Assembly: GCA_951406725.2 (NCBI GenBank)
Contig: OX597834.1
Span: 6,758,001 to 6,822,000, forward strand
DNA from: Octopus vulgaris
Lineage: Eukaryota
Reading direction: 5' to 3'
DNA: 64,000 bases
Position numbers and translations under genes: made by a program. The notes under the pieces are model-generated. The model did no database searches and was not told the origin of the DNA. It was given only the letters and a program-made list of their open reading frames with translations. This document shows positions 52,685 to 64,000 of this stretch, piece after piece. The stretch's first letter is position 1; every line of letters begins with the position of its first letter.

Positions 52685-53700
52685 TCAATTCTCCCTGATA
52701 CACCACTTTGCAATCCTGGACACCTCACACCTCTGATCCTTATGCTGTAGAACATGTGCAAATCTCTTACCTTCTGCTACACCTTTTGCTATGCATACCT
52801 GACACCTAATTGCCCTTCTGGCTACCTCATATAATTCTCTGCTTCCACCGTTTCTCCAATCTTTCCAGGCCTGTCTTTTTGCTTTTATAGCACTGTCAAC
52901 CTCCTTGCTTCTCAACCATGTCACCCTTGGTCTAGCTGGGACTCTGCACCAACCACAGATTTCATCCGTAGCCCTCGGTAGATTATCCCACAGGAACTTC
53001 CAATTGTCCTCTAAGTTGTATATTCCCAACTCTTCCTCTCTTTCGTTTTATCTGTTTTCTGGGTCTTTGAGCTTCCAAAGTCTTCTTTTCCAGATTAGTT
53101 TATTTCTCCAAGTCTATTAGTTTTCTAGTTCTCTGAGTTTATTAGAGCTTTCTAGCTTTAATTCTGAAGTCAATAACCAGTGACCTACGTTGGGTTGTAT
53201 ACTCTTCACTTGGGAAGGAGGTAGTCACTCTGGCTTACGTGCCCACCAGACTGATCAGTGAATATGTGGCTGGTTGGGTTTTTTGAAGTTAGTGTTGCAG
53301 ATTTTGAGATCATTTGCATCACAGAACTCCAGCAGTCTTGTTCGCTCCTCATTTCTATATCCAAACCATAGCCCCTACCAATCTGTATTTAATATCTATG
53401 ACTATTATTGACTACTGGTGTTGGTGTGTTTACATCTCCTTATGTAAGTATAAGTTCAATTATTTCATAGATCCAAATGCAAGTAAAATCCTTGGAATCC
53501 ATGGGGATGCTGTCCAGCATGTCCACTAAAGTCACCAGCCACAATAAAAAGTTTCTGTCATTTGTCATTGAGGTGGTCTGCAACAGAATTTCATAGAATT
53601 GGTCCTTCTGTTCATCAGTCTGGCCTGACGGATGAGCAGAAGGACCATACTTTGATGCTCTTTTAATACTGTTAGTCTTCATTACTAAAGACAATATCAT
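52685..53700 (-). pseudogene. Degraded RTE-clade LINE: APE endonuclease and linker
   Basis: SAHPSGQTDEQKDQFYEIL (YAPQxG..EKDxFY-like), GGHVSQSDY, WKFLWDNL..EICGW..TWL..EVDSAIKAKRQAWKDW; many frameshifts. Confidence 0.7.
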
Positions 53701-55323
53701 TGTAAATACTGCTATCCTATCAATGTTTATGTGTAGTGAAGAATTAAGCCCTTCTCAATCACATTATCATCACCCTCTTCATACAGTCCAAACGAAAGAA
53801 GTGTATTGTTTATTTATATTCAGCATGCAGATATATATAATCAAACACTGCTACATGCAAAATGAAAGTGAAGTAAAGCTTGCTGATATGTAGATATTTA
53901 ATAGCAATTTAATCATGGTGCTAATGTTTAAAAGAAAATTACTTTATGTATATTTACCATTGTTAAAGGAATGGAAGTGTGTAACAGTTGAAAATGTAAA
54001 TTTTAAAGCAGATATTTATAAGATGAAATATTGCAAAGTGGTTGTCAACAGAATGTGGTTTTATATTCAAATCAACGATAAATAGACATAGTGAAACACA
54101 AGCTGTAATGGTAAGAGTGAATCGTACTACTGAAGAAGTTTCAATGCAAAATGTTGTCGGCAGCTGAAACAGGTGTAAAACAAACCATTATTTGTATTAA
54201 AAGAGGTGGAAGAAAACACACTATTAATGATAATAAATGTGTTAGAAAAAAGCTATGAACATTTTTGAATGACTTCTATTATGACACACAAGTAGCAAAT
54301 GAAGTTGTAGAGATATTTGAACATGAAATGTTGGCCATGTAGAAATTCACATGACGAGTTTGTGTTGGCACATGCACAATCAACTGTAGTCCAGTCACAA
54401 ACACTTCACTCTGGCTGAGGACAGTATAAATGAGGTGACAGTATTTATTTTTAGAATGACATTGTAGGGTAGGTGTGAAAGGTAGGATTTGGACTGTTTG
54501 AGCATAAAAACGTGGAGAGTATTTGGGTCAGATATGGCTGATTTATATACTAAAGGGTGAGAGAAGGAAATTTGTTTAATAAGAAGCAGGGTTGGTTCTA
54601 AATGGGCCACCTTCAAAGAAGTTAATGTTTTAACCATAGTCATCACTCAATGTAGCAAAACGAAAGAACATTTTAATGAACAAATAATGATGAAATAATC
54701 TTTGAATTTGGTTTGCAAGATTGAAACAAATCTTTTTGTATCTTGGGAGGGTCATTATGCTAATAATCCTAAACACAGGCACAGCTCGAATATCACTTCT
54801 TTGATTGATTATCTAACCAACTAATTGATTGTTTGTTCAATGAGTTAGTAAATCAATCAGTCATTTTTGCTTTTTGTTTGTTAGTCAAAGTCTGTCAATT
54901 ACTATTTGTGACCTTATTAACCCTTAAGCATTAGACTGTGGCACTTCCTTGAAGATTCTTATAGCTGTAATTTAACTGCTATTTCTAGCATATGTGTGTA
55001 TTTCCGTCCTTCTTTGCAGCATGTATTTCATTACAATAATTAGATGCCAGTATTATTAAGACATACATTTAAACTTATGATGTATGAATTCTTTGCAGAT
55101 GCCAGAGCTGGAAGAAATAGCAGCCAAATCAGTGTTTGTGTGTTTATGTCCCCATAACTTAGTGGTTTGGCAAAAAGTGATTGATAGAATAAGTACCAAA
55201 TCAGGCTTTAAAAAAATATCCTGGGGTCAATTTGTTTGACTAAAACCCTTCAAGGTGGTGCCCCAGCATGGCCACCGTCAAAAATGACTGAAACAAGTAA
55301 AAGATAAAGGATAAAATGTATGT

Positions 55324-55330
55324 ACTCCTA

Positions 55331-55361
<31 letters not shown>

Positions 55362-55375
55362 CACTGCTGCTGCTT

Positions 55376-55410
<35 letters not shown>

Positions 55411-55464
55411 GCTGCTGCTGCTTCTACTACTACTACTACTACAACTACTACTACTACTACTACA

Positions 55465-55533
<69 letters not shown>

Positions 55534-55806
55534 GCCGCGGCAGCATCAATAACATCAACAATAGCAATAGCAACAGTACCACCACCACACCACCACCACA
55601 ACCACAACCACCACCATCACCACCACCATCACCTCCACCATCACCACCACCATCACCACCACCATCACCTCCACCATCACCTCCACCATCATCACCACCA
55701 CCTCTACTGACACTGCTAACACACTGCTACCACCACTGCCGCCACCACCACCAACACACCACCACCACCACCGACCACAACAATAACAACAACAACAACC
55801 ACAACA
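55324..55806. repeat. (CTA)/(CTG)/(CAC) compound microsatellite
   Basis: Direct reading. Confidence 0.9.
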
Positions 55807-56134
55807 TCTTGACTTTTGAATGCTAAATCCTTTGAATGCTGTCTCTCACATTAAAGGCAAGATGATTACGGCTACAAATAACGATCATGGGATTTCAGCG
55901 TTCGGCTATCTCTCTCTCTCGCTCTCTCTAATATGTAAAACCTGCTCAAGCAGAAAAAGATTAGCAACATATAACAACATCTTCTAGAAAGAACAGCCAA
56001 GACCTCCTTCTTATCTTCGTTTTACACACTTTAAATGCAAAGAAGACAAAAAAAGAAAAGAATGAAAGGCAATGTTGAATAATGTAGCTTTTAGATAAAA
56101 CTATGTCTAAAAATATTTGATTCTTTTCTGCTTT

Positions 56135-56679
56135 CATCTCTTACTTGTTTTCAGTCATTAGACTGCGCCCATGCTGGGGCACCACTTTGAAGAAAAATTT
56201 TCTAGTTGAATGAATCGACCCCCACGACTTATTCTTTTGAGCCTGGTGCTTATTCCTTCAGTCAAGCGATATTGGGGGGACAAACACAGGAACAAAGACC
56301 CACACGCATAAATATTCACATATACACACACTCACACACATGCACATATACATGCTCTCACACACACACACACACACACATGCACATATACATGCTCTCT
56401 CACACACACACACATGCATATATATATATATGATGGGCTTCATTCAGTTTCCAGCTGTCAAATCCACTCACAAGGCTTTGGTCACTCCAAGGCTATAGGA
56501 GAAGACACTTGCCCAAGGTACCACCAAGTGGGCCTGAACCTTGGACCATGAGGTTGGGAAATAATCTTCTAATGACATAGCCACTTTTTTTTAATTTTCT
56601 CTCTTATTAGTTTTAGATATTAGACTCCAGCCATACTAGAATATAAACTACCAGGGTATTTGTCAATCATATGTGCTTT

Positions 56680-56724
<45 letters not shown>

Positions 56725-56890
56725 TATATATGATGTGCTTTTTTCAGTTTTCATCTACCAAATCCACTCACAGGGCTTTGGTCGGCCCAAGGCTATAGTA
56801 GAAGACACTTGCCCAAGGTGCCATGCAGTGGGAATGAACCCAGAACCATGTGGTTGGTAAGCAAGCTACTTACCACACAGCCACTCCTGC
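56135..56890 (-). mobile_element. One diverged SINE A plus a second 5' half
   Basis: 56135-56584 and 56680-56890. Confidence 0.7.
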
Positions 56891-57311
56891 TCATGAAATT
56901 GACTTATTCCCACCCACGAAACTGCAGGCCTTGTGCCAAAATTTGAAACTAATATTCCTCATAAGTTGCCATCCTGCTGAAGGTGTGTTTGATTTAAAGG
57001 TTTTACTATTTCTAGGCAACTCAAGGGTGACAAACTGGCAGAACGATTAGCTTGTTGGACTAAATGCTTCACAGCATTTCTTCTGGTTCTCATTGTCTTG
57101 AATTAATCATCCTTTATCACATAGGTGAACTTTGCCTTTCACCTTTTTGAGGTTGATAAAATAAGTACCAGGGTAGGTGTGAGAGACCAGAGCTGTCTGA
57201 GCTGAAGATAAAAACAGGTAGAATATTTTGGTTGGATATAACAAAATTTGAATCAATGATTCTTACTTCTATCTAAAGTGGCAAGGTAGCAGAATCATTA
57301 TCATCATTTAA

Positions 57312-57754
57312 CCCTTTTGTTACCATATTTCTGTTGAGATGCTCTGTGATTCTTTCAATTAATTTTAAATGTAACAAAGAATTTAGTAAAATAACTCAGT
57401 TATCATTAAACTAGTGTTAGGAACATAAACTTTGACTAAGATTTGGTGGAAGATTGTAAGGTGGTGAGCTGGCAGAAACGTTGGCACACCAGGTGAAATG
57501 CTTAGTGGTATTTTGTCTGCCGCTACGTTCTGAGTTCAAATTCTGCCGAGGTTGACGTTGCTTTCATCTTTAGGGGTTGATTAAATAAGTACCAGTTGTG
57601 TAATCGACTTAACCCATTTGTCTGTCCTTGTTTGTCCCCTCTGTGTGTAGCCCCTTGTAGGCAGTAAAGAAATAAGATTTGGTGGAAGATTTTAATTTGG
57701 AACTTTTGAGAACAAGACATTTGTAGTACAGAGCCAGAGGCAGTTTCAGAGGGG
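57312..57754. mobile_element. MITE family 1 (reverse orientation) with nested SINE B at ~57460-57674
   Basis: TTAA at 57308-11 and 57755-58; SINE TSD AAGATTTGGTGGAAGATT. Confidence 0.8.
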
Positions 57755-58200
57755 TTAATATCAAAAACATTAATGTTTGTTTCCATGCTGGCATGGGTAA
57801 GATGGTTTAAATGGAACTGGTAAGCTGGAGAGCTGCACCAGGCTCCAGTCTGTTTTGACTTGGATTCTGTGGCAGAATGCCCTTCCTAACACTAACCACT
57901 CTACAGAGTGTACTGGGTGTTTTTTACATGTCACCTGCACAGGTACCATCTGCCAAGGCTAATTTTGACTCCCATCCTTTTTGAGGTTGATAAAATAAGT
58001 ACCAATTGAGCACTGGGGGTGATGTAATTGATTTGCCCCTTCTCTTGGAATTGCTGGCCATGTGCCAAAATTAGAAAGAATTATTTCAAGCCAGGTTATC
58101 ATTTCCTGACAGAAGTATCACTGTTTCTCATGATATGAGCCAGGATTTCAACACTGAACATATAGAGCTTAGACAGCTACCACAAGGTATCCTTGAGTAG

Positions 58201-58613
58201 TGGCGAGCTGGCAGAAACGTTAGCACGCCTGGTGAAATGCTCAGTGGTATTTCATCTGCTGTTACATTGTGAGTTCAAATTCTGCCAAGGTCGACTTTGC
58301 CTTTCATCCTTTCGGGGTCGATAAATTAAGTACCAGTTACGCACTGGGGTTGATGTAATCGACTTAATACCTATGTCTGTCTTTGTTTGTCCTCTCTGTG
58401 TTTAGCCCCTTGTGGGTAATAAAGAAATATGTATTTCGTCTGCCGTTACGTTGTGAGTTCAAATTCTGCCGAGGTCGACTTTGCCTTTCATCCTTTCGGG
58501 GTCGATAAATTAAGTACCAGTTATGCACTGGGGTCGATGTAATCGACTTAATACCTATGTCTGTCCTTGTTTGTCCCCTCTGTGTTTAGCTCCCTTGTGG
58601 GTATTAAAGAAAT
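58201..58613 (+). mobile_element. SINE family B dimer
   Basis: TSD AGGTATCCTTGAGTAG at 58185-58200 and 58614-58629. Confidence 0.88.
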
Positions 58614-59204
58614 AGGTATCCTTGAGTAGCACATTGCTTTGCCAGCCCCAAAAGGACAAAAAGCAAATCGACCAGGCAAAGATTTGAAATTAGACTGCCG
58701 AAAACCAAACCATATTCTATTCTACAAAACATTCTATATAACATATTAATATGTCCAATTGTGCTACAATCAATACATAGCAAAATGCATAAACATAATT
58801 CTGTGCTGAGTTATAATGCCAATTAAGAGTACATCCAAATGTGCACATGTATGTGTCAAAATCTCTTGGACACTAAATATGTACAGTCCATAGATCATCT
58901 CTTTCTTTGTCGATAGCAAAATCAAACATTAATTTACTACTCCACAATAACTATCAAACCTACAGCAATTTGGAATGTGTAAATAGCCTAAGAAAACATC
59001 GTTTAATCATCGTGAATATTTGCTCTTGATCTACTAATAAAGTCTGAGATAAATCAAAAAGCAGCGCCGTACGATATGTATTTATAAGAGTATATAATTA
59101 TGCATTCATTCTTCTCTCTCTCCTTCTCCTCTTTCTCTCTCCTCACCTTTCTCTCTCTCTGTCTATCTGATGCAGTCATGTATGTGTACAGATTCAGCTA
59201 CTAC

Positions 59205-59249
59205 ATGTATAATTATACATACATACATATAATTATATATATATATGTA

Positions 59250-59337
<88 letters not shown>

Positions 59338-59430
59338 GTATATATATATGTGTATATATATATATATGTGTATATATATATATATGTATATATATGTATA
59401 TGTATATATATATGTATATGTATATATATG

Positions 59431-59465
<35 letters not shown>

Positions 59466-59525
59466 TACATATATATACAATTATATGTATGTTTATATAC
59501 ATATATATATATACATATATATATA

Positions 59526-59557
<32 letters not shown>

Positions 59558-59615
59558 ACATATATATATATAATATATATATATGTAACATATATATATA
59601 TAATATATATATATA
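59205..59615. repeat. (TA)n microsatellite
   Basis: Direct reading. Confidence 0.9.
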
Positions 59616-59706
59616 TCTCTTTTTCTCTTTTACTTGTTTCAGTCATTTGACTGCGGCCATGCTGGAGCACTGCCTTTAAAAATATGGAACACTTCACGAA
59701 TTTGCG

Positions 59707-59750
<44 letters not shown>

Positions 59751-59963
59751 TAAATATAAGGGTAGCAAAAAATTCTAGAAAAAATTTTCCGCTACCAGCG
59801 GTCAAGTGAGAAAGAAATAATAGTCAAAGACTATATAATATACATTCAACAATATAAGGAATGGCCATATAGGACATTCGACTCACTAGAAAGAGCAGCC
59901 AAAACTCATACTGCTAAATAGTTGTAATTCTGAAATAGAAAGAGAAATAAAAATATATATATG

Positions 59964-60272
59964 TGTGGAGGCGCAATGGCCCAGTGGTTACGGCAGGGGA
60001 CTTGCGGTCGTAGGATCGCGGTTTCGATTCCCAGACCGGGCGTTGTGAGTGTTTATTGAGCGAAAACACCCAAAAAGCTCCACGAGGCTCCGGCAGGGGC
60101 TGGTGATCCATGCTGTACTCTTTCACCACACTTTCTCCCACTCTTTCTTCTGTTGGCCTGCTCGCTTAGAAAGCGGGGTGGCGTCTATCGAAGGCTAAAA
60201 CAATGCGAACGCATTGTGACCAGCGAAGTGTAACAACATCTGATGGTCTGGTTAGTCATGTGATCACGTGAT
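59964..60272 (+). mobile_element. SINE family E, tail type 1
   Basis: tRNA-like head with boxes A and B; ends CACGTGA followed by (TA)n. Confidence 0.85.
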
Positions 60273-60321
<49 letters not shown>

Positions 60322-60402
60322 CTATATAGGCATTTTAATTATTTTCTGAGATTTTATAAAAACAACAAAAATATTGATCAGTCTACGTATATATATATAT
60401 AA

Positions 60403-60479
60403 GGTGGAAAAAAGAGTACTCAAATACCAGGGGTAGAGTAATATGCTTTATTTAAAAGCAGCTGCTTTTAAATAAAGCA

Positions 60480-60482
<3 letters not shown>
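60403..60482. repeat. 80-bp repeat ending in a perfect 42-bp palindrome; second copy at 61211-61290
   Basis: ATATGCTTTATTTAAAAGCAG|CTGCTTTTAAATAAAGCATAT at 60441-60482. Confidence 0.85.
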
Positions 60483-60537
<55 letters not shown>

Positions 60538-60795
60538 AGTGAAGGTTGGAGACAGGATAGGCATCCAGTTGTAGAAAAGATATTTCAATGGATTCCACCT
60601 GACCCAGGGAAGCATAGAAAAGGGGACATTAGATGCTGCTGCTGCTAATGATGATGATGATGAAGAGGAGGAGGTGGATGATGATAATGATGGTGATGAC
60701 AATGATGATGATGACAGCAATGACAATGACGATGATAATATTTGTATTAATATGCTTATACATAATATATAAAATATACATACATACACATACAT

Positions 60796-61200
60796 AGGCG
60801 CAGGAGTGGCTGAGTGGTAAGTAGCTTGCTAACCAACCACATGGTTCAGGGTTCAGTCCCACTGCGTGGCACCTTGGGCAAGTGTCTTCTGCTATAGCCC
60901 TGGGCTGACCAATGCCTTGTGAGTGGATTTGGTAGACAGAAACTAAAAGAAGCCCGTCGTATATATGTATGTATATATATATGTATGTGTGTGTGTGTTT
61001 GTGTGTCTGTGTTTGTCCCCTAGCATTGCTTGACAACCGATGCGGGTGTGTTTATGTCCCCGTTACTTAGCGGTTCGGCAAAAGAGACCGATAGAATAAG
61101 TACTGGGCTTACAAAAGAATAAGTCCCGGGGTCGAGTTGCTCGATTAAAGGCGGTGCTCCAGCATGGCCGCAGTCAAATGACTGAAACAAGTAAAAGAGT
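60796..61200 (+). mobile_element. SINE family A, full length
   Basis: Complete head to tail. Confidence 0.88.
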
Positions 61201-61294
61201 TTTAAAAAATGGTGGAAAAAAGAGTACTCAAATACCAGGGGTAGAGTAATATGCTTTATTTAAAAGCAGCTGCTTTTAAATGAAGTATATATAT

Positions 61295-61352
<58 letters not shown>

Positions 61353-62068
61353 TGTGTGTATGTATATATGTTTATATGTATGTATGCATGCATGAATGTA
61401 GCTATGTTTGCATGTGTAGTCAGTTGAATTTCTCTTCCTAGTTAAACAAACAAACCAGACAAAATAAGGAATACAAGAACCAAACAACATCGCTTTCCCC
61501 ACATTTTAAAACTAAATCACAGAAACACATTCGTATGAGAAATTCTTCAATTCTTTAGCAAAAGGTATATACTAAAATGCGGTCACCTCTATTGATTTTT
61601 CCTGTAAGTGATAAATTCTGTTCTGTCAGATGGACTGTCACAAGGTAAATAATGAAATAATAGATGGTCCCATTCTATGATACTAAAACATCTATCATTC
61701 CGACACATTGTTTGATCCATTGGTTAATTCTGTGACATATCTGCACGGAAATAACTAACAGAAGTGTTTGCATTTCCATCGACATGATTTTTATGGATGT
61801 TACCATTATTTCTGTTGCTACAGAGTAAATGGTTTTAAGAATTTGCATTAGGCTGTCTTGTCTCTGTAGACTCTGGGGTTTTGAGTTCAAATTTCTGTTA
61901 CAGTCAAACTTTGCTTCGTTTCTTTAGAGATCGCATCAGAATGTGCAAGATGTCTGTGTGTCGTTGTTGCTGTTGCTTTTGTTATTGTTGTTTTTATTAT
62001 TGTTGCTGCTATCTCTGTTTTTGTTGTTTAAATATGGATAATATCGATATTTAAACATCGATATATAC

Positions 62069-62231
62069 AGGCGCAGGAGTGGCTGTGTGGTAAGTAGCTT
62101 GCTTACCAACCACATGGTTCCAGGTTCAGTCCCACTGTGTGGCATCTTGGGCAAGTGTCTTCTGCTATAGCCCCGGGCCGACCAAAGCCTTGTGAGTGGA
62201 TTTGGTAGACGGAAACTGAAAGAAGCCTGTC

Positions 62232-62263
<32 letters not shown>

Positions 62264-62486
62264 ATGTGTTTGTGTGTTTGTGTGTCTGTGTTTGTCCCCC
62301 TAGCATTACTTGACAACAGATGCTGGTGTGTTTACATCCCCGTCACTTAGCGGTTCAGCAAAAGAGACTGATAGGATAAGTACTGGGCTTACAAAGAATA
62401 AGTCCCGGGGTCGAGTTGCTCGATTAAAGGCGGTGCTCCAGCATGGCCGCAGTCAAATGACTGAAACAAGTAAAAGAGTAAAAGAG

Positions 62487-62488
<2 letters not shown>
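62069..62488 (+). mobile_element. SINE family A, full length
   Basis: Complete head to tail. Confidence 0.88.
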
Positions 62489-62515
<27 letters not shown>

Positions 62516-62523
<8 letters not shown>

Positions 62524-62660
62524 CTGATCAATAAGTATCCGGACCGTTGCTATAATAACGAAACTGGAGCCTTCAGAGTAAAGCCGCTTGGCCCAGATTG
62601 ACCTTGAACTCTGCTGTGTATGTGCCCTAAGTTTTAACGTTGTACCTCACTTCGGCTGTT
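62516..62660 (+). mobile_element. Possible Tc1/mariner terminal fragment
   Basis: TA-TGTAGTCTGATCAATAAGTATCCGGAC resembles mariner TIR starts and follows a (TA)n tract; no partner TIR found. Confidence 0.35.
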
Positions 62661-62788
62661 GTTCTTGTTGCTATTGCTATTGCTGTTGTTGGTGTTGTTG
62701 CTGTTGTTATTGTTGTTGTTGTTGTTATTGTTGTTGTTGTTGTTTTTGCTGCTGCTGTTGCTGCTGTTGCTGTTGTTGTTGTTGTTGT

Positions 62789-63128
62789 ATGGGAGAAGTC
62801 TGAAACATGGTCCTTTTGCTATTCGTAAGACCGGCAGAAGAGAAAGCAGGTCAACCCCACCCGATACCGAGAGCATCGACGGATGGATGAATGCGCATCC
62901 AGGTTCAGCGGTTGCGTAGGAAGTCGGAGACAAGAAACAGGAAGATAGAGTGAGAGAAAGTGGGAGCGAAAGAGTACAACAGGGGTCGCCACCACCCCCT
63001 GCCGGAGCCTCATGGAGCTTTAGGTGTTTTAGCTCAATAAACACACACAACGCCCGGTCTGGGAATCGAAACCATGATCCTCCGACCATGAGTTCGCCGC
63101 CCTAACCACTGGGCCATTGCGCCTCCAC
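62789..63128 (-). mobile_element. SINE family E, tail type 3
   Basis: Same head and body as 59964 and 34651 copies, unrelated 3' part, flanked by (CAA)n-like tracts. Confidence 0.8.
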
Positions 63129-64000
63129 TGCTGTTGCTGTTGTCGTTATTGCTGTCGTTGATGTTGTTGTTGTTATTGCTGATGTTGTTGTTGTTGCTGT
63201 TTACCTGTTGCTACTGTTTACCTGTTTACCTGTTTACCTGTTGTTTAGTGTTGATATTTATGTTGTTTATGTTTATGTTTTTGTTGTTGCTCTTGTTTTT
63301 ACTGAATTTTACTAATTTTTACTGACTTTTACTTATTTCAAAATATTTCAAATATTTTAAAATTACAAGTTGAGTAATTTTAGTTTACCTATTTACTGAC
63401 CTAGAAATTTATTAGTTATCAAAGTTAACATATAAATAAAATGAATTAACCAGGTAAAAAAAGAGACTTTTCCCATCAATTCATTCACTTCTGGCTTCTC
63501 CTGATTTATTATTATAAATAATAGAAAATACCTTTTAAGAACTTTTAAACGTTAATAAGAATTACCTCCCCACAAAAGTAGCTCTCAATTTTGAATTATA
63601 CGATTGCTGGTTGCCATGTTTAATTCATGGAGAGAAAATTACCATACAGATAAGTTAACATTTCATTTTATTAACATTTCATTTTACTAACATTTCTTTT
63701 CCTACTTTTATTCCACATTTCTGTTCATTATTTACTAAAGTAAAATTATTCCAACAACTTCTAGTTATATAACTTTAGCTGGTCATGTCTTTATATAGGA
63801 TGTAAATAGCAAAATAAGTTCATATAAGATAGACCTGAAGATTGGCAATATAATCGTTTTAATATGGTATTGTATTTAGAGACATTCTGCTTCAGTAATA
63901 TCAGGGAATATGTTGTCATGAAACACGTGTAGTCATTATAATGTAAAGTATATGATTTGAAATAAGAACTGAAGGCATTAATTTTGATAATTTTAATATT

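Noticed and set aside
50975-52736. Poly-His, Ser, Pro or Met ORFs here and at 13.3-14.1, 24.5-25.7, 33.2-33.8 and 55.3-55.8 kb
   Set aside because: Trinucleotide microsatellites open in several frames on both strands.
53880-54790. Possible DNA-transposon remnant
   Set aside because: No TIR pair or transposase motif could be supported.
59964-60040. SINE heads as functional tRNA genes
   Set aside because: No complete acceptor stem or terminator; they continue into repeated SINE bodies.
61675-61890. Short unique-sequence ORFs (also 31887, 34249, 40572, 41704, 48656) as exons of one host gene
   Set aside because: No recognisable domain and no consistent splice-phase chain could be built by eye.

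Overview
AT-rich, repeat-saturated animal genomic DNA. The SINE and microsatellite content looks like a coleoid cephalopod (Octopus-like); that is my inference, not a database result. No intact protein-coding gene is recognisable, and almost all long ORFs in the track are microsatellite or SINE artefacts. The window holds: (i) a 5'-truncated, disrupted R4/Dong-type RT-CCHC-RLE retrotransposon and related 3' fragments chained in (TAA)n tracts; (ii) RTE and L1/Tx1-like LINE remnants; (iii) at least four tRNA-derived SINE families, two with swapped 3' tails and one forming 185-bp head-to-tail multimers; (iv) two TTAA-flanked piggyBac-like MITE families, a solo LTR, a mariner-like end and a tRNA-Asp pseudogene. 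The most notable element is at 14.6-16.3 kb. A complete type I hammerhead ribozyme motif sits in a long rod-like hairpin. Once two younger insertions are removed, it is one unit of a ~310-360 bp tandem dimer, the architecture of non-LTR retrozymes. A second, minimal Penelope-type hammerhead lies at 23.15 kb. Coordinates of degraded repeat ends are approximate.
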